In this document: positions 50,815-63,552 of the stretch, piece after piece | How the letters are laid out: every line of letters begins with the position of its first letter | How positions within the stretch are numbered: the stretch's first letter is position 1 | DNA from: Chiloscyllium plagiosum | Taxonomy: Eukaryota | Direction of reading: 5' to 3' | DNA length: 64,000 bases | Assembly: GCF_004010195.1 (NCBI RefSeq) | Contig: NC_057754.1 | Coordinates: forward strand, 4,036,223-4,100,222 | Made by a program: the position numbers and the translations under genes | Notes under the pieces: model-generated | What the model was told of the DNA's origin: nothing | The model's database searches: none | The model's input: the letters and a program-made list of their open reading frames with translations, nothing else

Positions 50815-51165
50815 CATAGAATCATAGAATCCCTATAGTGTGGAAACAAGCCATTCAGCCCTACAAATCCACGCCGAACCTCCGAAGAGTAACCCATCCA
50901 GACCCATTCCCCTACTACTCTACATTTACCCCTAACTAATGCACCTTACCTACACATCCCTGGATACTACGGGCAATTTAGCTCGGCTAGTTCACCTAAC
51001 CTACACATTTTTGGACTGTGGGAGGAAACTGGAGCACCCAGAGGAAACCCACGCAGACACAGGGAGAACATGCAAACTCCACGGAGACAGTCACTTGAGG
51101 CTGGAATTGAACCCAGGTCCCTGGCACAGTGTGGCAGCAGTGCTAACCACTAGGCCACCGTGCCT
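50815..51165 (-). mobile_element. HE1-type SINE, full length
   Basis: Homologous to 20..307, with the catagaat tail. Confidence 0.85.
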
Positions 51166-51834
51166 CCTCAGAGTTATTTTCCATACCTCGCATTACCTAC
51201 AAACTACACCAAAACTGAAGCTATCAGATTCTCACTGGGTGAAGTTAAAATGTTATTTGTGTCAGTATTAATAAATGGGTTTGTGGCCACGTTGATGGAA
51301 CATAACACACTGTCACTGCCTCAAATCAGACTCTTTGCATGGTGACCAACAGCCCCAGGAAGCTATGTCAAACATACATAGGTCCTTGGTTAGACCACAC
51401 ATGCAGTTTTGTTAAAACAGTTCTGGTTTCCATGTTGCAAAATTGGCATAAAGGCATCTGGGAAAGTGCAAAACAAATTTACAAAGATAATACCAGAACT
51501 GAGAGCTGACAGCATAACAGGAAAATGTGAACAAACTAGGGTTCCCTTCTCTAGGAAAGGGAAGGTTGAGGGGCGACCTGATGGATGTCCTTAAGGTGAT
51601 GAGAGGATTTGTTGGTGGAGATCTGGCGAGTATGATTCCACCAGTGGGGGAGATTGGAAGTCAGGGTCATAAACTTAAGACAGTTATGAATGAATTTAAT
51701 AAGGGAATTCAGAAGAAACACCTTTGTTTAGAGGATGGTGAGAAAGGTTGAATCTGCAACCACAGAAAATAATTGAAGCAATTAGAATAAATGCATCTAA
51801 AGTGCTGTTCAATAAACACCAGAGAGAAAGGAAC

Positions 51835-52030
51835 ATGTAATGGAAAAGCTCAGCAAGTCTGGCAGCATCTGTGGAGGGAAATCAGAATTAATGTTTCAGG
51901 TCAAATGACCCTTCCTCCGAACTGTTAACTCTGATTTTCCCCACAGATGCTGCCAGAACTGCTGAGATTTTCCAGCAATTTCTGTTTTTGTTTCTGATTT
52001 ACAGCACCTGCGGTTCTTTTGATTTTTATA
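51835..52030. mobile_element. Palindromic Penelope-type element, family D
   Basis: ggaaaagctcagcaagtctggcagcatctgtgg / ccacagatgctgccagaactgctgagattttcc. Confidence 0.75.
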
Positions 52031-54724
52031 AGATTACGCTGACAAGGCGAGATAAAATAATTAGGGAATCTTGTTTGGAGTATAACACCAATATGGAGCA
52101 GTCAGGCCAAATGCGTTATTTCTGTGCTGTACGTTCAGATTGTGAGGAATTGTGGGATAGGGGCTAATACTCAGAGACAGTCCCCAGTTGAATGACCTGA
52201 TCAGTTAACACCAATCTTACTGAGCAGATGTTGCTGTTCACAGTAAATTGCTGCATAGCAGCTAATCAAAATATTGAAAAGTAAATATTTTATAAATGGG
52301 AATTATCCTGAACATCTTTGTTTTACAAGGTGGCAGCCTGGTTCAGTCTCCTCTTCCTCAGTAGATGCACCTTTCCTAGGCCGGAACCTGTACAGGACAA
52401 TACTAACCTGATAACTGTCTTTCCCTTTAATTGTTTTCTGTGTGCCATAGCAATAATAATACTGAATGGATTACTCTATGGTTGTGCTTTACGTGTTGAA
52501 TGTCCGTCCAATAGCCAGCCAGTTAAGGAGCTGAACCTGTGTTGTTTGTGTGTAACGTAAAGTCATAGCGACGTGCTGATTCTGCATATTGTCGGTCCGA
52601 TGTGCATCTCTGTAACCACTGGCTGAAAAAAAATGAATAAATCATGACTGTTGCATCCACCTTGTAGCTTGCCGTCTTTTTTCCTTGTGTTTCTCTCAAT
52701 GTTACTCAGCCTCCCCGCAGCCCTTTGCTCTTGTAATCGCGTCACTTAACACATCCTGTGGCTGAATATCTGGGATGGACACTTAATGTTCTAAACCCAT
52801 GGCCTTACCCACACCAGACCCGCTCCCCCACTGCTGGAAAGACCACAAGACATAGCAGAAATTTGGCCATTCGGCTCATCGAGTCTGCTCCGCCATTCAA
52901 TCATGGCTGATAATGGTGTATAATGGTGATAATGGTGGCCCTTGGTGCTACCTTTTGGATGAGACATTAAAACTTACATCTGCACTCTCCAGTGGGCCGT
53001 AAAACATCCTCGGCCTCTATTTCGAGGAAGTGTAGCAGGACTTCTCTCCCCCAGCTCCCCAACCCCCTTGGTGGCTTGCATCCAATATTTATGCTTAATG
53101 CAATATTAGTGAATAAAGTGCTGTGTTTTTTTAAATCCTATTATAGTTTGAGGAATATATGGAACAGCCTGAGATTGGCCTGTGTCTATATTCACCCAAA
53201 ACAACACCCTATTTCCTCAGGACAGACCATTACTGGGGCACCTAGGTTAATGAGATAGTCTTAAAATCAGAGGCACGCCACTCAGTTTAGGTAGGACTTC
53301 CCATTACAAAAGGTGATTTAAGTGTGAAAATCTGTCACACAGAAACAGCAGATGCCTGCTCAATACATTTTAAATCTGAGATTGATAAAAAGATTTGTCA
53401 GCTGAGGTCAATACAAATCAGCCATAATCTCATGAATTGTGATGGAACAGGCCCTCCTTCTGTTCCTGTCCTAAATTTTGCAGTGGACATGTGGTTTGAT
53501 ATCACAGGAGGCTGGACAGGGTGGGTCCACCTACACTAGAATTTTAATAGCAAGACATAAACACTCGTGGGTCCATAGTTAGTGGAATTTTAACTGTACC
53601 CTGGCCTTCCTGTCACCTTCAATTTCCTACTTGCTCTGCCCATGACTTCATAAGAGGAAGCTGTAATAATCTGTGAAGGTCAAAAGGAAAGGAGGGCTAG
53701 TGAGTAACTGAGCCTCCTGTATTTCAGCTTTGGAATTCTCCCATTAAGGATCCACATCTCCCTTGTAGCTACATCCTCTGTCACTTCAGTAGTTAGCAGG
53801 AGAAAACAAGTGGCTAGTATGGATGCAGTGCTATCCCAGAATAAACGGTGGTGATGAGAGCCCTGTGTTGAGCATGGTTTACTTAACAGTTTCCAGAACA
53901 CAATGAGCTAATTTAGTCTGATTTGAACATACGATCAGGCCAACAGGATATACTGTATACTATTACATTGGATTTACAGCATTGCTGTTGGGCAATATTT
54001 ATGCTGCTTCTGCATCTTCTCCCATCTTATTCAATATTTTATATCAATCTTATTTTCCTTTCTTCCTCATGTGCTTATCTAGACCTTCTTCAATGAATCT
54101 AAAATATTTTTTGATAAATCTGTTTGTTGTGAGTTCCGTTCTCTCTACTCTTTGAATAAAGAAGTTACTCTTTAATCTCTCACTGGATTTATTAATGGTC
54201 ATCTCATGGCCCGCTATCTATGCAATTTTCCCCCTTAACCCAGCCATCCCACCTGATGAGTCCACATCTACCCATGGTAAACTGTTTCGTCATTTTAAAG
54301 ACCTTGTTCTCCTTACCACTCAATTATAAACACCTTAGAGGGTTCAAAGGATGTGTACTGAGAAGCTATTTTCCCTGACTGGTTAGTCTATTTATTTAGG
54401 CCATCTCAGTCTCAAGATCAGGCATCAGCTGTTAGAGACTGAGATGGAGAGAAATCATGTTAGTCAGAGTGTTGAATCTCTGGAATTTTCTACCCCAGAG
54501 GGTTGGTTGGACCAAGGTTGAGTGTATTGAAGACTGAGATGGCTGAATGGATGCTCAGGATATCAAAGGCATCATGTGGGGAGGTGAAATTGAGGGAGAT
54601 TAAATGTGATCTGACTTGATGACAGTGTATGGCCTATTCATGTTCCAATTGCTTTTCTGGGGCACAAAACCTTTGGGCCTCTGTGGCATTTCTTGATAGT
54701 TGTCCACCATTGTATTTTCAACAG

Positions 54725-54999
54725 GTCGTAACCACAGGATGTGAAACGGAAGAGCTTGTCCTCCTCAGGAACAGTGTCCACCATCTGGGCTTTCAAACCA
54801 ATGGAGAAGGAATTGTGACCCAGGTGGAGAAGAAAGGCTATGCTGATCTGAAGGGCCTAAAGCTTCACAGCCGGTTGGTCAGGATCTGTGAGATTCCAGT
54901 GGTGTCCCTGTCATTCAAGGAGAGGGCAGAGTGTCTGAGGAAGGCCAACAGCGTGAGGATAACCGTCATCCCGCCTGACAACAAGGGCAAGCCAAGAAT
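54725..54999 (+). CDS. SIPA1: SIPA1 coding exon 8 (PDZ domain)
   Basis: ttttcaacag|GTC; VVTTGCETEELVLLRNSVHHLGF...SRLVRIC...VRITVIPPDNKGKPR; donor AT|gtaggc, phase 2. Confidence 0.93.
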
Positions 55000-55769
55000 G
55001 TAGGCATTCTGTCACAGCAGGAAGATGATAAATGAAGTTTGTCCTTATTTTATTGGCTAGATCTACATACCATTAATGTGAGGATATACTTGCCTATGGA
55101 AACGGATGTGGGAGGGTGAAGGTGCAGAAGGATGGAAAGGGTGAAAATTTTGAGTGGATAACCTTTTGTCAGGATCCTTATCAAGTTGAAGTGTTCATTT
55201 GACCCTCTCTGATCTCCATAGCTGCATAGAGGGTACAAAAGAGAAGCCTAGGGGAGAGCTGACCACTAGGAAAGGGGAATTAGGGTGTTATTGGAGTTGG
55301 GGGAAACTGAATGTTTCCAAAATGTTCTGAATTTTTTTCTATCTGTTGGTTGACAATGTATATCTTTTAAGGGGAATGGGGTCAAGAAGCTATCGATGGT
55401 AATGGAAGCTATGAACAAATAGGTAAGAGCTGTTAACAGTGGGCTAGGAGATACTTAATGAAGAGCAGAATATGGTGTGGGAACCGCTAACAGGGAACCA
55501 GAGTTAAAAATGGGAAGCAAAATGAGGAGCCAATGGAAAGAGAAGGAGCTGTTAAGCGATAGTAGGAGATAGTTGGGGTGGGAGTTCGGGGTGTAAGTGG
55601 AGCTTGGATGAGAAGCATGAGTTGTTAATGCTTCTCTTAGCTTAACTTCACAGCTGCATGAATGTAACATGCAATTTTCTGATTGATGGAAACTTTAGGA
55701 GGAAGGGCTGTCATTAATGATGAACCTGCTCCCCTCGCAAATAAGGCCCTGATTTACTTATTTGAAGGA

Positions 55770-55982
55770 CAAAGCAACAAATTGCTGGAAAAGCTCAGCA
55801 GGTCTAGCAGTCTGTGGAGAGAAATCAGAGTTAACGATTCGGGTCAAGTAACCCTTCCTCAGAACTGGAACGTTAATTTTGATTTCTCTCCACAGATGCT
55901 GCCAGACCTGCTCAGCTTTTCCAGCAGTTTCTTGTTTTGTTTCTGACTAGCAGCATCTGCATTTCTTTCAGTTTCTTTTCAT
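55770..55982. mobile_element. Palindromic Penelope-type element, family D
   Basis: Inverted arms; near-TSD ttatttgaagga / ttatttgaggga; - strand gtt-CTGAGGA...GAAT-c-GTT-aac at 55830-55865. Confidence 0.75.
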
Positions 55983-56189
55983 TTATTTGAGGGAATTGGC
56001 ATGCCGGACCTGTGTTGAGATATGTATTGACAACCAGGATAGGGCCTTTACAATAACCATCAAGGGTGTTGGGGTAGAGAGGGAAGAACAAAACAGGATT
56101 CCGGGATACTGTCCAGTAATCCAGGAAGTATGTGCCTGCATGTATGACTGTTTCATCTCTAAAGACTGCAGCTAGAGGCCCACTCCAGG

Positions 56190-56500
56190 GAATTGAATAC
56201 TGTGTCTTGAATGAGAACAGAGACCCCATCCACCCTTTCAGATGGAAATAAATACACCACTGTGCTGTGTTGGAAGAAGAGCAGGGGCGGTTTCCCTGGT
56301 TTTGTGCAGTCCAAAATTTATTCCTCAACCAACGTGACTTTAAGAAAAAAAATTGATCTGGTCACTATCACATTTCTGTTTGTGAGATCTTGCTGTGTGT
56401 AAATTGACTGCCACTTTTACTCAACCTCACAGTAGTGACTGCACTTTGGTGCTTTAAGATGCCTCGAGGAGGTGAAAGGCATAGACTCAATCTGAGTTTT
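56190..56500 (+). mobile_element. DeuSINE-like element ending at the exon 9 acceptor
   Basis: gaagaagagcagggg...tttattcctcaaccaac...ctgtttgtgagatcttgctgtgtgtaaattgactgcc...gaggaggtgaaaggc. Confidence 0.65.
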
Positions 56501-56514
56501 TTCTGTCTCTGAAG

Positions 56515-56718
56515 GAGTTTTTCTGAGCTGTACCGAAAGTCAATCGAAGAGACCGAGCGAAAGGGTGACAGAGTGACAGACTCAGGCCTGGGGTCTCCTT
56601 GCTTGCGATTCCTAAGGACGTCCTCACTCCAAGAAACCCGCAACATCAGTTCAGAAGGGGACCAGTGCCTGACGATGCGTAGCTGCTCTCTAGAGAAGAC
56701 GTCTGTCCAAAGCCAGAG
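56515..56718 (+). CDS. SIPA1: SIPA1 coding exon 9
   Basis: ttctgtctctgaag|G; (M)SFSELYRKSIEE... resembles the SIPA1 post-PDZ motif RSFSELY; open to donor AG|gtaatt, phase 2/2. Confidence 0.85.
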
Positions 56719-56967
56719 GTAATTATGAATGAGTGAATTGCATTATGAAAGCAAAGCACAGCGGAGGTCCCAAGAAGCATACACAAAATAATCAAGAAAA
56801 GGCTAATAATATTTGCCTTTCTAACTCATGGGCTCAAATGAAAAGCGGTGGATGTTTTATTGTAACCATACAATGCCCTAGTTCGACCACAGCATAGTTA
56901 GGAAGGATATACTGTTCTTGGAAGGAGTGCAGCGTAGATCACCAGTATGTTGCCAAGGCTTTTCAAG

Positions 56968-57158
56968 ATGTGGCAGTGCCAGTGATGGACTGGGGTGGAC
57001 AAGGTCAAAAGTCACACAACACCAGGTTATAGTCCAACAGGTTTATTTGAAATAACAAGCTTTGGGAGTGCTGCCCCTACACCTGATGAAGGGCAGCGCT
57101 ATGAAAGCTTGTGGTTTCAAATAAACCTGTTGGACTATAGCCCAGTGGTGTGTGATTT
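56968..57158. mobile_element. Palindromic Penelope-type element, family B
   Basis: Near-TSD caaggcttttcaag (56954-56967) / caaggcatttcaag (57159-57172); cac-CTGATGA...GAAA-gctt-gtg at 57080-57113. Confidence 0.8.
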
Positions 57159-58171
57159 CAAGGCATTTCAAGGATTAGATAAGGAGAGATGACATAATGA
57201 GATTTGTTTTCCATTAGAATATAGAGTATTCTGGCATGATTTGAATTTAGGGTTTTGACAGTAATTGATGGTGTGGAATATTCCTTTTTTGCTGGTGGTG
57301 GTGGTGAGTGAATTCTATGACAAAGGAGTGTAATGTAATAACTGGATCAAGCCAGGCCATTGTGAAGAAAAGGTAGGAAAAATGCCTTTGTACTAAAGGC
57401 AGTAGATACCAGCTGAGTTTAAATTCAGGATTAATAGAGTTTTGCTACACTACAGTAATGATAAAGGGCTTATGCCCGAAACGTTGATTTTCTCGGATGC
57501 TACCTGACCTGTTGTGCTTTTCCAGCACCACACGTTTTGACTCTGATCTTCAGCATCTGCTGTCCTCACTTTCTCCTAGACATAAGATACAGACCAGCCA
57601 TGGGCTCACTGATTTACTGAATAGAAAGCAGGGGCTGACTGGTTCCTGTGAATAAGTGAGTAATACAAAACCAAATAAGGGATAGATTAGGGCAAGTGGT
57701 CAAAGCTCAGGTAGGTTCAAGGGAGTTTTTTTTAAAACAGAAGGGAAAGCTGCATGGAAGGAATTTCAGAGTTTGGGGCCAAACAGTTAAGGGGCATGTT
57801 CATGATAAAGAGATTAAAACTGAGGATCGATAAGACATTAGAATTTAAAAATCATCATTGTAGGGGCTGGAAGAGGTTAAAGGAAAAGCAGACCCTGGAG
57901 ACACATAAAAACAAAGATAAGAATTTTAAAACGACAACAGGAGAGAATCTAAGTCAGTAAAAGTACAGAGGAGTGAACAGGACTTGGTGTGAGTTAGAGT
58001 ATAGGCAACAAGAGTTTTAGATGTGCTGTGGCTAAGTTGTTTTAGCAGAAGATCAGCTGAGATAGTGATTGGTGTATATCAAGCCTTACATTATAGGAAG
58101 GCTTGCTGATGACAATTTTAGCATGGACTTTTATGAACCACTGTTTGACAGCTGGAGTTTCTCTGTTTCAG

Positions 58172-58292
58172 GAACAAGGAGGACACTGACTTCAGTTCCC
58201 TAAAGACATCACCCCCTGATCTCATCTTGGCTGCAAACTCTCAGCATCTGCTGCCTTCTGGAAACCTGCAGCCAGATCCAGGTGACACCCAG
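58172..58292 (+). CDS. SIPA1: SIPA1 coding exon 10
   Basis: ctctgtttcag|G; (R)NKEDTDFSSLKTSPPDLILAANSQHLLPSGNLQPDPGDTQ, where PDLILA resembles mammalian SIPA1 PDLLLA; donor CAG|gtcagt. Confidence 0.72.
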
Positions 58293-61200
58293 GTCAGTAA
58301 CGCAGCTGAGCTGAAAGCAGAATTCTTGCCCTGTGACGTGTGTGGGGATTTTCGATCTTTGATTTCCGACGCTGCTCAAAGTAGCTAGAGTTAAGTTGGA
58401 AGTTGATGTGTTGTCTTCCATGGCCCCCCCACCGCCCACCACCACCCTCTCCCCTCATATCAATGAATGAATCTGAGCTAATGAAATGATTGGTTCTTTT
58501 GAAGGAAATTAGATCATTTATACAGTAACTGCAGCTCCTGCCAATCAGGCGAAGTTATGGCTTCAATGACTTAACAGGTGCCCCCCAAAAAAACAAAAGG
58601 ATATTCAGAGTATTAACCTGTGAGGATTGGCAGACTGTGGAATAGTCGAATTTAATTTCTATGATTGCTGATCTACAAAGGGGATTGCTTGGAAGAAGAC
58701 CATACTGTAGCACCTAGACATTAATATCAAGCCTCTTCTGGTCTGGTACATACACCCATGTTATCAACATGAAAGAAATCCTATGGTACTGATCTCGGTG
58801 CAGGTTGCTCATGTTTTTGGTACTGACTGAGGATTTGAACTCTGTGGGTGCACTGAAAATTTGCCTCATACATGTACCACCTTTGCTTCGTGAAGGTCGA
58901 CAAGAAACTCTTTCATGTGCAAGTTGCATTATTTGTCAATCTGTAAGAAATATGTTCTGATGAGGCTCTTTATCCTCTTTATAGATTTATTCCAGTTTTT
59001 AATGGTTTTAAGTATTGTACTCAGTATCTTGCTGTGTTTCACTACTTCTGTATATTACTCAGCCTGTAAATAAATCTGAATATTAGTTTTAGCTGTACCC
59101 ATTGCTTTAATAGTGTGTTTTATTTTGTTTGGCTTTTCATCAGAAGTTGGAAAATGAGTCAGGCATCCCATATTATTTGGTGAAGTGGGAGGGTAAGGTT
59201 TATCCAGTCTACGATATACAGGGACACGGATTACAGATTTTAGTGGTGTATTTTCAATCAAGAATGCAAAGTAACAATGTTCCCCCAAGCTCCAATTTCA
59301 GGTTCTACCGAGCAACCTGGCCATAATTTATTTAATATACTGTGAAAAAGGCACTCAGGCTCATGACTGGGACAAAATGTACAATCTGAGGATCCAACCT
59401 GAACTTGATGGAGCTGTAACCTTGATATAAAATCAGGACTGTACAGCATAAAATATCAGAGCAGAATTTGGCCATTCAGTCCATCAAGTTAGCTCTGTCA
59501 TTCGTTCACAGTTGATAAATATCTCAATCCCATTCTCCTGCCTTCTCTCCATTGATCCCCTTACTAATCAAGATCCGATCTATTGTTGTCTTAAATATAC
59601 TCAACGACTTGGCCGCCATAGCCTCCTGTGGCAATGCTTTCCACAGATTAACCACTCTCCAGCTGAAGAAATTCCTCCTCATCTCACTTTGGCCCATTGT
59701 GCTAGTGCTGCACTCTATTCCAAAAACATGCTGCCTTTACTTGGGCCACAGATGGCAGTAAAGCTGACTGTGGCCTGATAAAACAAATGTTAAAGACATT
59801 TAATGATGGAATTCTTGAAGGGTTCTCTCAGTACTTTGTACAATCCCGGAATAAATAAATTTGAACTCCCAGTTGAGGGAAACAACAAGACTGTTGTGAC
59901 TATTGGCTGGGTGGTGGGAAATTTGCACAATTCGTCTCTAATCCCCCACTACCCTGCCTCAGACTGAATGAACTGATCCAGGAAGTGACATTTTTACTAG
60001 ATCCCTGTTAAAGTGGGAGGTGAATCAGCATTCACTGCACATGGCAGAAACTTATTCAGTGGGCTGACTGTTCTCATATGCAATGAGGAACTGCTCAATG
60101 TTACCTTTCCCTTTATTAAACTTATGAATACATTCCAACATGTCTGGCACTCTAAAAGAGCTGTTACGATTAGTTCTACCATCTCCCACACCCCTGATCC
60201 TTCTCCTTGGCCCTTTTCTCTCAAATTTCTATCCAATTCCTTTTTGAAAGCTAGTTTTGAATTTCCTACAGTTTGGGCAACTTATTTCAAATGAAAACCC
60301 TCGAATTGAGATCATTTGTTTTGTGGACACAATCCTTGACCTTTGATATTTTATATAACTTCAAACATACTGAGTCAAGTTGCTCTAATGTAAACAGACC
60401 TAACTGAAACAAACTGATCCTGATGAGTAAGGTGTTTTGAATGAGGAATCAATCCTGTCACCCTTTTCTTAACCTTCTTCAAAACCTCAATATGATGTCA
60501 GGAGACCAGAACGGGAGATTGTATTTTTCATGAAACCTGAACCAAACTCTGGTAACATCTATTTTAACTCCTCCTCCTCCTCTATTTTGAATCTTTTCCC
60601 TGGTGTTCTCACCCCCTCAATATCTCTGTGAACTCCCCAGCCCTCTAAGACCCTGGCAGTTCTTCAATTCCAGCCTTTTGTGCATCCCCTCCTTGTTTCT
60701 TTGTGCTATACCATTGGTGGCTGTGCCTTCAGCTGCCTGAGCCTCACATTCTGGAATTCCCTCGGCAAGCTGTTTGACTCTCCTTTTTTAAGAAGCAGCT
60801 TAAAAGCAAGCTTTTGGCTACTTGTCTTTATGGAGCTTGGTGTCAAACGTTTTGTCCGATTTATGTTGCTGTGAAGAGCTTTTGCGCATTTTACTATGTT
60901 ACAAACATTGTATAAAAGCAGGCTGTTGTGGTTGTCTGTTTCAAAGATAAAATGATCAGATCTGTTTACAACCTGTTATATGTACAACAATCAGAATTTG
61001 AAATTATGTCCAATTTCAAAGTGGATTGCTTGTGTCATAGATCATACCCTGAGTATCTCAAACAGGCAGCTCTTTTCCTTTGTGTTTCTGCTGAGGACTC
61101 AAAAACTGCTCATGCGGAAGGATGAAAATGTCTGGAGGGGATTGCACCATCCTTCATCTTTGGAGGGATGCTCAGAACAATTGTCCTTCTTAAGTATTTT

Positions 61201-62416
61201 ATCAGAAAAAAAATTGCATTGATATGCTCATTTGTTAAGAGATGAAAGATGCGCGTAAGAAAAGATCAAATTAAAATTTTAAGCATGTTTTTTACTTTTA
61301 CTGTAAAAGTCACACTCAAGAAAGATGAAGGGTAAAGTGTTGTCATACTATAGTGCGGGTAGGGATGACTTTATCTAACTGCAGTATTACTTTTCATTTT
61401 CCACCAGCAAGGGAAATATTATCTGCTTATTTTCCAGGAATCAATAAGGAAAAAAAAACTTCTGTCTCTGGTAATATCTTTGACAAATTTATTTCCATAT
61501 TCTTTCATGGATGAAATGCAGCCTTTTCGCTTAAAGACCCAAGAATCTCAAATCACAGAATATCTGACAACAATGTACTAGTACTATACATGAACACAGC
61601 ATGTGTTTGAGTACTGTGCACAGTTCTGGTTTTCATGTGACAAAATGAACATGCGGCACTGGAGAAGATGCAAACAGGATTTGCAATAATGATGCCAGAA
61701 CTGAGAGGTTATAACCACCAGAATAGTTTGAATAGGCTGGAGTTTTGTTCCTCTCTAGGAAAGAGAAGGCTGAGGGGAGACTTTAGGAGATTGCTAGATG
61801 TGGAGAAGGTCTTCCTACTTGAGGTGGGGGAGAGGATGAGGGAAACAAGACTACAAGAAGGGCCCAAAAAAATGGGTTGTCATCAAACAAATGCAATAGG
61901 AGATTCGGGAGAAACTTCAGTGAATGGTGAGCATGTAGAATTTGCATGGAAAGGTTTTGGTAACGAGCACACGGGAAAATTTAAGGGGAAACTGGATAAG
62001 TACTTGAGGAAGAAATATTGATAAACAGAAGGGTGAAGGAGACTTCTCTGGAGCAGAAATGTGGGCTGAAAGACCTGTGACTGTGCTGTAATGCTGTGTA
62101 ATTCTGGAACAGCGCCATATGTTTTGGATAGCATTTGTCTGTCTTTAAATTAAAATGTACTATTGGGCTGAAATGATATTGTGTATATGTTTAACTTCAC
62201 CTTCCCACCTTCTTGCCCTCCCCCTTAATCCCTTTCAGAAACCATTACTGGATCCCATATTGTCTGTATCCATATCCTCCCCCGACACAGAAATCCTATT
62301 TTAGATTTGATCACTTTTTCTCACACAAACTGACCCTTTTAGGCCCAACCTCTTTACTCTGTTTCTCCTTGTGTCCACTCCATGCTCTAGGTCTCACTCT
62401 TCTCTCTCTCACCCAG

Positions 62417-62531
62417 AAAATGATGGGTCCAATTTCTGCTCCACGACTTGAGCCTGTAGCCAGACTGACACTCCTCAGGGAGAGTATCACTGAAGGAACA
62501 CTGCACTTATTGGAGAAGTGCCATCTTACAG
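62417..62531 (+). CDS. SIPA1: Probable SIPA1 coding exon 11 (GC donor)
   Basis: Long pyrimidine tract ending acccag|; only phase 0 is open (KMMGPISAPRLEPVARLTLLRESITEGTLHLLEKCHLT); CAG|gcgaga gives the phase-1 end needed by the next exon. Confidence 0.5.
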
Positions 62532-63456
62532 GCGAGACACGAAAACAAACCCTGCTTCCTTTGCCCCACCCCACTCCACCATCTATCTATATGGGCAGAT
62601 GTCAACAATCCCAAGGCCAATGCTGGAAGAAGAATTGTGGGGTGGGAGGGGGTGTTTGGTGGTTCTCCTAATGTCCTGGAACCAATATTCTTCTCTCAAC
62701 TACTTCCACAAAAAAGACAGATTAACTGCCCATCAATCCTATCATGCAAAATGACTGATGCATTTGGCTACATACCATTCTAAAGTAATGTGCTGTGTAT
62801 GACAACGTGTTAAGGTAGTGTATGAATGTAAGTATAACATTATTACAAGTCCAAGAACAATTTCAGTAATGCTACCAGAAGCCCCCATGGTCATGCAACT
62901 GATAGATGTTTCTGATTCCAATCTAGGCTGCTATTCTCCAACACACTCTCTCTGGGACCAACTCTGCAGGGATTTTCTCCAGTTGTTCCAGCGGCTCTGA
63001 TCCTGACCTTCAGGACCCCCAACAGGCCCTTCGGACTGAATCCATGTTGAGCGATTCACCTGCTGGTTCCAACCAAAACTTGCCACCTGACCTCAAATTA
63101 GATGGTAAAATAACCGCATTGGGGTGAGGAGAGATAATTGGAAAATGCTCGGGTTTCATAGTCATCATGGGAAATTTTATTTTCTAGCCTCATCCTTCCC
63201 TCAGGGGCAAAGACTCTGAGCTGTGTTTCTACTCTTGCTTGCTGCTGGGTTTGGCTTGGTGTAAGGTTCCCAACAGTTGAGTAGTCTACTAGTAGTCTAC
63301 TAAACACACATAAGGGGCAATTAGATAAGGTACATCCAATAGCTAGCCCCACACAAAGTGTCATGATGGAGGAGGAAGGGTAAGGAATGATTCAGAATAA
63401 CACTGAGAAGACATCTCATTCTGTGAGAGTTACGTTATTTCATCTTTCCCTTTTAG

Positions 63457-63552
63457 ATACTGTGACCTCTGATAACTCCAACACTGAATGGCAGTCACTG
63501 GCAGACATAGCTTCATACTGTGATAGCCTGGTACAGTCTCTTTCCTTGGAAG
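63457..63552 (+). CDS. SIPA1: SIPA1 coding exon 12 (C-terminal region; gene continues beyond window)
   Basis: ctttcccttttag|AT; TVTSDNSNTEWQSLADIASYCDSLVQSLSLE resembles mammalian SIPA1 EWQAISEIASTCNTILESLSREG; donor AAG|gtgagt. Confidence 0.85.

Noticed and set aside
61090..61200. Additional SIPA1 exon near 61.1 kb
   Set aside because: Weak GAG acceptor, stop in the required phase and no recognisable homology.
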